NCBI RefSeq assembly: GCF_030684315.1
Contig: NC_081404.1
Coordinates: forward strand, 13,583,140 to 13,647,139
Length of the DNA: 64,000 nt
DNA from: Stegostoma tigrinum
Lineage: Eukaryota
Reading direction: 5' to 3'
Part shown: positions 12,880 to 24,195 of the stretch, piece by piece
Numbering within the stretch: the stretch's first letter is position 1
Layout of the letters: each line of letters starts with the position of its first letter
Notes under the pieces: generated by a model
The model's input: the letters and a program-made list of their open reading frames with translations, nothing else
What the model was told of the DNA's origin: nothing
Databases searched by the model: none
Translations under genes and position numbers: made by a program

Positions 12880-13130
12880 TCTCATCCTGATCTTCAAGTA
12901 CTTCGACGGCATCTACTCTTCCCTTTCTCTGTAACCTTCCTAAGCCCTACAGCTCCCTGAGAACTCTGTATTTCTCCAGCTCTAGCCTCTTGTTCATTCC
13001 CCTTTCCTTTGCTCTACCATTGATGGCCATTCTTTCAGTTGGCAAAGCTCTAGGATTTCCTCTCTAGCCTTCTGTCATCCTTTAAGATGCTTTTTATAAT
13101 CTAACACTTTGACCAAGATTTAAGTCATCT
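12880..13130 (+). mobile_element. L2-type LINE 3' fragment (related pieces at about 3480-3600, 34700-34950, 49300-49490, 63650-64000)
   Basis: Decayed ILIFK..G...P.L.NL..PY...R.L..S.SGLL-type coding text followed by 3'UTR. Confidence 0.55.
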
Positions 13131-14339
13131 GCTGTTCGGAGTCAATTCCTGGTTGGGTTCCAATCAAGTTGTTGTTGATCATGGCTCTTAACTGTGAGTA
13201 GTTTGGGCCTTGATTTTGTATTAAGACTGGAAGATGGATTTCCCAGTCCTAGTAAAGTTCAACAACAACAGCATATCACATTTGCTTAGCACCTCTCAGA
13301 CACGATGGGGTCCCATTCTCTACCATTGCACTCTAACACTGTCGCCATTATAGGCTTCATTGTGGTCATCACGGTGACCCACCATGATGAAGCCCATCCC
13401 AAACCAGAGGTGCCCACTTTCCCCAGGGCTCTGTGGACTGTCCCTCAATAAGCTCTCTGACCATTACTAACCTGCCACTCACTGCAGTTCTGACTGTAGC
13501 CCATCCACCAGACTGATTTGACAGGACAACCCTGACTGAGCAAGGCTGCCTCCCCTCAACTGATATCTCAATGGCTGACCTACCTGTAGTCCCATGACTG
13601 CTTGCAGTCAACCTGCAGGACTGACCATGGCCCAGGTCAGGGTGTCCAAGCACGTGGACCCTCAGACTCAGGATTGACCAAATTCCTGACTGACCATGGC
13701 CAAGTCCCTGGGCCAGAATAGGATCAGTCCCTAGACTGACAGTTGTGACATTCCCTGACTGACTGTAGTCCCTTTTCACTCTACTGAGGACTGCTTCCCT
13801 TTCACTTTCCCATTTGCTTGAAGCACATGCAATGTATTTGCTGCTTAAGCTGCTGGCAGATGCTGCATGGTGCCATACAGTGACATGTCCACCCTCTTTC
13901 TGAGTGATAGTGCTCCCTACTATCTGCCTGTCAAGCTGGCAAGCTGTCTGCCTCTCCTTCCGCAATATAAAGCAATGCAAACCACTGAGCAACCTTCCCT
14001 CAAAGCTGTTCAGCCATGAGGCCATCCCGCACACACGATTGACATGCGAACGCAATGGCTTCTGGATCTGGAAACCACTGCAGTGCACAGACCTAGGAGG
14101 TCCATGCATAAGAAAAAATGGAGTCGAGGGAATGTTGCCACAGAGGCTGGCAGCCTTGTAACTAAGCAGTGAGGACCCTGTGTGCTAAGAAGGCAATGTA
14201 TTCTCACACAGAGTCTTCCTATAAGTCAGTGCTAAAGGCAGTAGGTCTACACTCAGAATGCAAAATGGACAGACACTGTCAGCCTCCAATGCTAAATGAA
14301 TGACTGCTAAAAAAAAGCAAGATAAGAGTCATAAGATGT

Positions 14340-14950
14340 CTTTTGAGTACAGGAATTGGGAAGTTATGTTGATGTTTTTACAGGACATTGGTAAGGCTTC
14401 TTCTGGAGTATTGTGTCCAGTTCTGGTCACCCAGTTACAGAAAGGATATTGTTAAGCTGGAGAAAGTTCAGAAGAGATTTACCAGGATATTGCTGGTTTT
14501 GGAAGGTTTGAGTTACAAAGAAAGACTGGATAGGCTGAGACTGTTTTTACTGGATCTTAGGAGGCTAAGAGGTTACCTAATACAAGTTTATAAAATAATG
14601 AGGTGTATAGATAGAATTGATGGTAGTTGTCTTTTTCCTAGGATGGGAGATTTTAAGACTAGGGGGCACATTTTTAAGGGGAGAGGAGGGAGATATAGAA
14701 AAGACATGAGGGGCAATTTTTTTACATAGAGGGTGGTTTGTGCGTGGAATGAGCTTCCAGAGGAAGTGGTGGATATGGGTACAGTTACGGCATTTAAAAG
14801 GCATTTGGATAAGTACATGAATAGGAAAGGTTTAGAGGGATATGGGCCAGGAGCAGGCAGGTGGGACTAGTTTAGTTTGGGATTATGGTTGGCATGGACT
14901 GGTTGGACTGAAGGGTCTGTTTCCATGCTGTATGACTCTAAGACTCTATG
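14340..14950 (+). mobile_element. CR1/HER1 LINE 3' fragment
   Basis: VRLLLEYCVQFWSPSYRKDIVKLEKVQKRFTR...RGHIFK; tail gactcta(a/t)gactctatg. Confidence 0.92.
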
Positions 14951-17099
14951 TCTAAGACTATGTGCGCTTGCTGTGTAAATGAGTGAGGTGCATGAAGTAT
15001 GAAGTGACCTGGCAGAAGCATGAAAGTTATAGCTGTCCCAGAGTTCTCAACTGAAGTGTTGGTGGGCTGAAATATGGTCAAAGAGTAGGCACGATGATGT
15101 TGATGAGGCTGGTGGCTTGCTGATGCCAACTTGTGTTGGGCGCGGAGGGTGGTGACCATGATGAAGCAGTTTGGGACAAGCATTCAGTGAGGTGCAGAAC
15201 CTGGGTACCCATTGGACCTACATGTCGGTAAGGTGCACTTTCAAGTTTCCTGGAGAAGCATATAAACGTATATTACAAGTATAATTTTGTCTCACAGTTA
15301 GCCAACAGTCATCATACTTTAAAGTGTCAAAAATATTATAACATGAAGAATAAGGCAAGTTACAAAGTTGGGTACAATTGAGAGGTCGTTTAACACATTA
15401 GTCTCATCCTCTGTAGAAACCTATTATCCTTTATGTCACATCATCTCACTGTTCTTTAACTTAAAAGATGTGGGGATTGAGAGAAAAGTGGAGTTGAGGT
15501 GAATCAGCTACGATCCTATTGAGTGTTGGAAAAGGCTCAATGGGCTGAATGGTCCATACCAGCCCCATGTTCTTGTGAATGACCCAGTACTTGGATATAA
15601 TTCCATGAATGAATCATCCAGTATTTAGATGTGTTTCCTGGTGTCAGCCTTTTTCCAGTGTCTTGTGTTCTTGTCCTGTGGTGATGCATTGACTCAATAT
15701 TATGCTCAGGATGAGGCAGTCCTATTGCACTGACATGCTGCTGTGAGCTTCCCTGTCAATCATCTCCATTCGAGACTGAAGAAGCTGACTTTTTGAACCT
15801 TTCTTCATCAACCAGTTGTCTAGGGCTGGTTCTCAACCTCATGTCCTCAGCATCACATCCAGCATTTTGATGTTTCTCTTGTGCCTCAGTGAACAGAATA
15901 TTCAGTTAGAATTACATAGAGAGTAGAACACAGGCTGTTGAGCTGGCCAGTCTATTCCAGTGTTGATGTTCCACTTGACTCTCTTCCTAGTCTCTTCATC
16001 TGACTCAAACAGTTTGACTCTGTATTCCCTGACCTCCCTTTCACGTGTTCAACCAGCTTCCCCTTAAATATTATTCCCCCCAACAAATCCCCGCAGGAGT
16101 GAGTCCTGCATTCTCACTACTCTCTGCGTGAAGATGCTCTCTCTGAATTTCCAATTGGGTTTCTTGATGACACCAGTATTCACATTGAATTCAACAACTT
16201 CCAACAAATCATAGTCCCCATGTTTTCAAAGAGCAGGAGATGATGATAGAGAGAGTAGGAACTGCCGATGCTGGAGAATCTGAGATAACAAGGTGTGAAG
16301 CTAATGATGATGATGATAGATAATAAAGACAATGATGAAAATAAAGATTATGATAGTTCTGCTTTTGACATTTATAGTTGCTCTTGACTCAATTTTTTTT
16401 TGTTCCTTTACTCGCCCTATTCTCTTTTACCTTGACCTCTTTCTTTTGATTTAATCTCTCCTGCCTTCTTCCCTTTCAAGGATCTCTCACTTTATTCTTT
16501 GGGCCCCCTATTCCCTGGCTCTGTATTTGCTTCGAAACCATTAAATCCCTGGTATCTCCCAGTTCTGGAGAAGGATCATCACTCCAGGATCTTAGCACTG
16601 ATGGGGTGATGATCAGCCATAGACAATGGATAAAATTAGCAACCTTGGCCTGTATGTCAATTTTCTGGCTCAGTCATTTCCTCTGGTTGGGGAGTGTAAA
16701 AACAGGGGACATAGCATCAGGATACGGGATAAGTCACTTAACACTGAGATGAGGAAACATTTCACTCGGAGGGTGGTCAGCCTGTGGAATTTGTTACCTC
16801 AGAAGCCTGTGGAGGCACTTTTAAATATTAAAGGCTCAACAGATGTGGAGAGAAAGTGGTAATATAGTGTTTAGATAGAGGGTCAGCCAGGATCCTATTG
16901 AATGGTGAAACAGACTGCTAGGGCTGAATGGCCTACTCCTGCTCTCATATATTCTGATTGGTCCTCCAGCTTCGAGATTCTACCTGCTATTTGTTGGCAA
17001 GCCCACCCTCAGCCTAGTAACTGGGAAAATTACAGCAAGTGGCTGTTTTGCACACAGTGTGGACGCTATTTGAGGTTGCTGGCATGGATCAGAAGCTCA

Positions 17100-17305
17100 C
17101 AGGGAAAAGTCCCGCCATAAATCCAGAAACTGCTCTTAGATTAGTGAGAAGGAGAGGGGGCACTGACGTTGCTGAGTTTAACTTGGGGGTTACCACATCT
17201 CAGGCAAGGTTGAGAAAACAAGACCTTCAGCAGTGATCCCAGGCAGTACCAAAACTAAGCACACACTGTTGGTATCACTCCATAGATCAGCCAACTGAGC
17301 TAACT
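17100..17305 (-). mobile_element. tRNA-derived SINE family (other copies at about 49880-50070 minus, 56570-56770 plus, 60200-60390 minus)
   Basis: Shared core ggtttaacctg.gggtcaccacacctcaggc.aggggagaggttgagaagg; B-box-like ggttcaattcc in the 56.6-kb copy. Confidence 0.6.
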
Positions 17306-18349
17306 TTATTTCTGTTGCTAGAGCTTTGAATATTTCCCGTATTTTCCATTTTTACCTCGCAATTTCAGGACATAGCTTTTTCCAATTTCAGCACAGTGGT
17401 CACAAAGATTTAAATTCCATTGATTTAATAATGCACCTCCATTTTCCACACTCCAGGCCTCAGTGCTGTGTTTCCTATCATTCTCTGAACTCTTTGAAAC
17501 TCTTCACTGTCAAGTTTTGACTCTCGTCACTCAGCCTGTCCTGCACCAGTTTCTTTCAACCTGTCTCCTCTGTGTTGAATTTCCTCAGCCATATAACTTT
17601 TCCCACAAGAAAATACACCCAGCTCTTCTCTTGAAATTACTTCATAAAACCTCACTTAGTCTCGCCACAGCATCTGTGAGCAACACCACAGAAGAATGTA
17701 AAGGTCTCAAAGATACTGGGATGAAAATTTGTGAATGTCTTATGCCTTTTTCCAAGCTTATGGGCTCAAATTGTTCCCAATTCAGGGTGGAATGGTTCAT
17801 GTTCCTTTTTATTCCTGTCACAAGCAATTTTCTGCTTAAGTCAGGGGAGAAATGCTTCCCCTTACACCAATGGCCCCCCTTCCTCATTCTTCACTGTCTC
17901 TGTAGTCCTGCTGATTGATCTCCTTTCTCAATTAACCCTTCCACTCAGTTGCCTGATTTAATCCACCCACAACATCCCCTCGCAGGTATATATTACCAAA
18001 ACGCAACTGCTGGAAATCTCAAATTCATTTTTCTGGCGACACAAGTTCTGGAGGCCTGACCAAGCAGCTAGCCCTATATTTCTGGACAGCCTGAGACTCA
18101 GTCTCTGGACAGCTTCAGGCCTCTCCAGGCAAATGTATGCTGGGGCCAGAAAACCCACTCTGACTCATTTCTGTGCCCTTGAATTATTTTCGCTCCTTTT
18201 CTTCATCCCCACCTCCACTTCCTCTCCTGAAGCTGTTCATTGCAGGCGCTGGGTGGCCTCCTATACCTCACTGAAGTAATCATTCTTCACCTCCAAATGG
18301 AGTAGACGTTTAGCTGTAATGGGGAGCCATCAGGATTGAAAGAAAGATG

Positions 18350-18680
18350 AAGAATGGCTTGCATTTATTTATCTCTTTCCACAACCATCAGCCACCCCAA
18401 AGTGGAGAAATATTTTTGAAGTGAAGTTGCTCCTGTATTGCAGAAAACACAGCAGCCAATTTGTACGTAAAAAAAGGCTCCCTAAAACAGCAACAAAATA
18501 ATAATCAGGTAATCTGTTTTTGCAATGTTGCTTGAGGGATGACTATTGTTCGAGAGACCAGGCAGAGCTCTCCTGTGCTTCTTCAAAATCATGCAATGGG
18601 ATCTTTTATATCAACCAGACAGGGCCTCAGTTTAACATCCCATTCAAAAGGTGAAACCTCCAACAGTGGAATGTCGACCT
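18350..18680 (-). mobile_element. Deu-domain (SacSINE1/AmnSINE-like) SINE fragment
   Basis: Reverse complement of gatcccatggcacta...gaagaag.gcaggggag and aaactgaggccctgtctg. Confidence 0.65.
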
Positions 18681-19539
18681 TGATTAGATACTCAATCCTT
18701 TGTATATCGGGGCCACCCTGAAAACTCCAATGGATGTCTCCAATTAGAAGTTGTGAAGTGCTTAGGTAAAGTAAAAAAGGGGAAACTGCTTCCAGTCACT
18801 GGAGCAGTGAAAACCAGGAAGGGCATGGATTTCAGCTGATTTGCAACAGAACCGGAAACAACATGAAGGAAGAAGAAAATTACGAAGCAAGTGGATGGGA
18901 TTTGGAATGCACTGCCTGACAATGTAGCGGAGGCAGATTCAGTAGCCACTTTCAAAAGAGAATGGGATAAATACTTGAAGGAGGAAGAAAAGACCTGATG
19001 GACCAAATAGCCTCCTTCTGCGCTGTACTTTTTTATTCCGACCCAGAGCACCTGCTCTGGAATTCGCGCCCTTGTCATCCCAGCTACTTGAGCTATCTGT
19101 TCAGTGGAATGACTACACTGGAAAAGGTTCTGCAGGATTATATGGAGTGAACCTTTGTGTGGGGTTGCACTGATTTGCTGAGGAATTTACCTGACATTTA
19201 ATACGTTTGGGTAAGTGGAGTAGACTGATTGGGGAAAGCAACAGAATTCCTATCTCTCCACCAACCTCCCCCTGCTCCCTATCAAATGTCATTCTCGTTT
19301 CGGTGTATTGATTTTAAGATAAATACAAGTCACTCTTCATAACTGCTCTGCCGGTTACCTTATCTTCAAAACTCTTTTGGACGCAGTCACAATCATGTCT
19401 TCAGCAGCATAAAATCACACTTGAGACACAAAGCAGGCGGAACGGTTTCTTTGTGATTAATGACTTACAAGGAAACTTTTCTAAACAGGCATTTTCTGAG
19501 AATGGAATTTTATTAGCCAGGTGCCAGCTGTGATTTAAC

Positions 19540-19895
19540 TCTGAGATGTTGGGTGTTCAATTCACACTGCAGAAAATTGAGCACATAACTTCAGCTGACA
19601 CTCCGGTGAGGTACTGAGAGAGTGTAAGGGGGACATCTCACTTAATTGGGGGAGGGAGGGTGTGTTAACCTAACCCAAGGTCCTGTCTGCCTTCACATAT
19701 AGATAAGAAAGATCCCATGGAGCTATTATGAAGAAAAGCAGGGGAGCTATCCCTGGCATCCTGGTTATGAGTTATATTGTGGTTTAAGGAAGCCTGCAAT
19801 GTAGAAGTCAGTTGTTGTATTTCCTACAATATAACTTCTTACACTTTACAAGTTATGAAAATAATTAGAAAACACTTTGGGACATCCTGGGGTTG
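19540..19895 (+). mobile_element. Deu-domain SINE
   Basis: gctgacactcc.gtg.ggtactgag...gatcccatgg.gcta...gaagaaaagcaggggag. Confidence 0.65.
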
Positions 19896-20664
19896 GCACC
19901 CTACAGAGGGGATAGCAGCACAATGGTGAAGCCAGCAGTGCAGGACCTGTTTGGTCATATCCTATAATTGGTCACATAAAAGGGGCACCAACTTTGAGTG
20001 GCACCCACCTTAATCAGATCCAGTGTGGGCAGGCCATGAATCATGAAACCCACACCCAAGAAACGGGCCTTTGAATTTCAAAACCGGAAGCATAACTATG
20101 ATAATATGCTACGCAAAGTGCTATTTCACTGATCTGCTGCAGAGCAGCAAGACATACAGGTATCCCTTGCTGAGCTCTGTAGTTCCTTCTCTAATTCTCG
20201 CAGCCTTGCTCTACTTCTGTCTCCTTTAAGATTCCCCTTAAAACCCAAGTCTGACCAAGACTTTACTCCACTGTACTTAATGTCATTATGTGGCTTGTCT
20301 TATTTGATGACAGCTCTGTGAAGCACCTGGAGATGTTTTATTGCTTTAAAGACACTGCATAAATTCAAGCTTTTTTTTCCCCCAACACTGATGACCCTTC
20401 CCCTTGATGACTATGAAATAGATCAAAACTTCGGAAAAAAGAGAAAGATAATTTCTCAGAGCAATGTGTCCACATATCAGAAACCTTGTTGTAGAAACAT
20501 TCAGCAGACAAGTGACGTTGGATAAATATTAAACAACCACAATCCTTGACCTTGGCCCAGTTCAGCTCTTCAGACTAGCACCAGGAGCAGTTGCTCTCAA
20601 TTCCAGAATGTGAAACCTTCAGTTTCCCCTTCGTAACTGCATAGCGTTTGAAAAAAATTTGGAT

Positions 20665-21475
20665 TGAAGAAGTTCATTGAGTTTAATTTAGATAAATATG
20701 AGGTGTTGCAACTTGGAAAGGCAAATCAAAGCAGGACTTGCACACTTAGTGGTAAGGCCCTGGGGAGTGATGCCGAACAAATAGACCAAGGGGAGCAGGT
20801 TCATAGTTCCTTGAAAGTGAAGTTACAGATAGACAGGATAGTGAAAAATGCATTTGGTACATTTGTCTGTATTGGGTATAGGAGTGGGACGTAATGTTGC
20901 GGCTGTAAAGGGCATTGTTTCGGCCACTTTTGGAATACTACGTGCAACTCTGGTCTCCCTGCTATAGAAAAGGTGTTGTAAAATTTTGAAAGTGTGCAGA
21001 AAAGACTTTCAAGGATGTTACTGGGTTGGAGGGTTTGAGTTACAGGGAGAGGCTGAATAGGCTGGGGCTATTTTCTCTGGAGTGCCAGAGGGTGAGGGTG
21101 ACTTTATAGAGGTTTATAAAACCATGAGGAGCGTGGATAGGGTGAATAGCCAATGTCTTTTTCCCAGGGTAGGGGAGTCCAAAACTACAGGGGCATAGGT
21201 TTAAGGTGAGGGGGGAAAGATATAAAAGGGACCCAAGGGGCAACTTTTTCATGTCAAGTGTGGTGTGTGTATGGAATGAGCTGCCAGAGGAAGTGGTGGA
21301 GGCTGGTACAATTACAACATTTAAAGAGGCATCTGGATGGGGACATGAATAGGAAGGGTTTAGAAGGGTAAGAGTCAAATGCTGGCAATTGGAACTAGAT
21401 TTATTTAGGATATCTGGTCGGCATGGACAAGTTGGACCGAAGGGTCTGTTTCTGTGCTGTATATTTCTATGTCTC
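20665..21475 (+). mobile_element. CR1/HER1 LINE 3' fragment, frameshifted
   Basis: EFNLDKYEVLQLGKAN...; LEYYVQLWSP; tail similar to 14.9 kb. Confidence 0.9.
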
Positions 21476-21949
21476 TAAGTTGGGGCTGTTCTCCTCGGAG
21501 AGAAAAAGGCTGAGAGGAGATCTGATAGAGATTTGCAACATCATGAGCGGGTTGGGCAGAGTAGACGTCAAGACTTACCGAATGGTGAGAATTGGCTGAG
21601 AAGTACTGAGGGTAACTGTTGTCTCCAGTGTCCCAGCTGAGATCAACCAATGTAGCATAAATGATGGACAGATGCTGGTTTGAGAGAGATAATGGGAACT
21701 GCAGATGCTGGAGAATCCAAGATAACAAAGTGCGAAGCTGGATGAACACAGCAGGCCAAGCAGCATCTCAGGCCTAGACAGATGCTGATTTGTCTGCCTC
21801 AATGACACAGTGGAGGGAAGCTTCACTTACTGTGTGAATAAGAGCCCTTTTCAAATGGGCTCGAAGTATCTCACTGTATGAATCACTGTTAATCACATGT
21901 GACTGTGGGGGGCTGAAAGTGTTCAGGAAAGTGACCACCAACTTCCCAG

Positions 21950-22127
21950 AGATAGTAGGAACTGCAGATGCTGGAGAACCTGAGATAACAAGGTGCGGCA
22001 GGCCAAGCAGCATCAGAGGAGCAGGAAGGATGATATTTCGGGCCTTTCTGAAGAAGGGTCTAGGCCCGAAACGTCAGCTTTCCTGCTCCTCTGATGCTGC
22101 TTGGCCTGCTGTGCTCATCCAGCTCCA
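21950..22127. mobile_element. Short Penelope-derived element made of two inverted pLTR pieces, with 14-bp TSD
   Basis: TSD caccaacttcccag at 21936-21949 and 22128-22141; arms gcaggccaagcagcatcagaggagcaggaa / ttcctgctcctctgatgctgcttggcctgc. Confidence 0.85.
22048..22075 (+). ncRNA. Minimal type I hammerhead ribozyme motif
   Basis: CTGAAGA-aGGGtctaggCCC-GAAAC-GTC. Confidence 0.6.
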
Positions 22128-23779
22128 CACCAACTTCCCAGGGCAGTCTGGGATGGTTAAAAAAGGATGGCTTTGCCAATGCTGTCAGATTAACAGTAAA
22201 ACGCCTTCATAAAACCACTTAGATGCCACCTGGATATGATCTGTAATCTTATTGACCTACCCTTGATGAATGCCTTCAAACAAATATTTATTTCAATTTT
22301 TGTATTAATATTTATTTTACTATGCTGCCACACCAAACTGTACTGTTAGCATATTTGCTTTTAGTTAACAAACTACAGTAATCAGACAGGACTTCAAGTT
22401 TCCCAATGTCTCTTAATGGCTGCATTTTTGCTGTCTTTATCTACGATGGACGAGTTTTAGAGAGATTTTGAAATTGGTTCCTGTCAGTAAATGCCCCCAC
22501 AATATTTCAAACCAATCCAGAGTTTGGATGCTTACCAGGCTTATTGCAGATAAATGGTGTTGTGAAAGAGAACACCTGAAGTTTTGTGTAAAATTAACAA
22601 CCCTTTTACAAAGAGTAGCTCCAGGCTGCAATCCAACATCAGGACAATAAACAGACCACTCCTCCAATATCTTGTTCCAGCCATTGTTCATTGTAATTAT
22701 TTTGCTGCTAACAATAAAAGCCAGTCTGCAAAACTATGGCTTTCTGCTACAGAGAACTGCTCTGGAGGGCTGCGTCCTTAAATTACACAGTAATTTAGGC
22801 ACTCTGTGAAGTTGGAGCATTTATCCTCTTTTTACCACAGTGCAGAGTAGTTATTAATTCACAGCAACACACCATTGATTATTGACTACAAGCATTTTTG
22901 TGCTCATTTCCTGAGCCTTTTAGATTCTTAACCCCTGAAGACACTGATTTGTGAGAGGGGTTCTGTTCTGCAAGTCTCCTCCAGTACCTTGACCAAGTGT
23001 TACTGTTCCAACAGAAGAGTTCTTAGCCTCTGTTCCCGCTTCACCCAGAGCAGAAATTAGATCCCCTTCTCAAATTCCATCATTAATTTCTGATTGCCTT
23101 GCATCAAATTACTTCAATTAAGGGTAATCCAGGCAGCGAATGAGTAGCCTGAGGAGATTAACACAACAAAGCAAATGAGAAAAGAATATGAATTATATTT
23201 ATTCCATTATTTGAGTATAATCCATTCCATTCCAAGTTCCACCCAGTCCTTCTCATTCCTTGAGGAAAGATTCCCATTTTGCTCTCCGTGAAAGTTAATT
23301 GTGAGCAACAGCAGGTGGGATATAAAGCCAGTGTCCCTCATGATCCTGAGATCCAAGATGTAGAGCTGGTTGAACACAGCAGGCCGAGTAGCATCAGAGG
23401 AGCAGTAAGGCTGACGTTTTGGACGTAGATGTCAGCCTACCTTGTTATCCCAGATTCCCCAGCATCTGCAGTTCCTACTATCTCCCACATGACCCTGTTG
23501 CTTTAAAACTGGGTGACTGGGGTTAAACTGTGCCCCCCCCCCACCCCGGTTATGCATACAATGATTGGGATAAGGTTCCTCACTATTAACAATCTCCATT
23601 TGTACTGCCAGCATATACATCAGAACAGCATATATTTCCCATTGTAGATTGCTGACCCCTCTGATAGAATTTGATGCTGCCACACCAAGCACTCCAGGCT
23701 AAATCACGATTAGTATTTTTTCTAAGATATGCACTTATACAGCATCAAAATACAATTGGAAAATAAAGACCAACACTGT

Positions 23780-24195
23780 GACTCTATGGGTTGTGGTCTG
23801 AGTCATAAGGTCCTGGATTTAAGTCTGACTCTGGAGATTTAAGTACAAGATCCAAACTAACACTCCCATGCAGTGCTGAGGGAGTTGCACACAGTTGGCG
23901 AAACTGTAATTTGGATGGGACATTCAACAATGGCCCAAGCTGTCCTCTCAAGTATAGTTAATAGATCCCATGGCACTACTTCAAAGATAAGCAGGGAAGT
24001 CATCCCCAGTATCATGGCCAATATTTATCCATCAACCATTGCCTCAAAAACAGATTATGTGGTTAATTATTAAATTGCTGTTCATGGAAGTTTGCTATGT
24101 GTAAACTGGCCGCCATGTTTCCAACATCACACCAAGGATTACAAAAGCCAGTGGTTAAGCACTTTGGGATGGCCCATGGTGCTAAATAAATGCAT
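23780..24195 (+). mobile_element. Deu-domain SINE, near full length (further copies at about 27540-27960 minus, 29795-30090 minus, 30320-30655 minus, 33850-34170 plus, 62150-62480 minus)
   Basis: tRNA-like head, then cactcc.atgcagtgctgagggag, gatcccatggcacta, and tail ending aaataaatgca. Confidence 0.7.

Noticed and set aside
13369-14109. 246-aa minus-strand ORF as a host gene
   Set aside because: No recognisable domain or splice structure. It contains short internal repeats (gactgaccatggcc) and is likely decayed transposon DNA.
16238-16356. Acidic low-complexity coding stretch
   Set aside because: A (GAT)n-like simple repeat beside a short Penelope terminal fragment, with no exon context.
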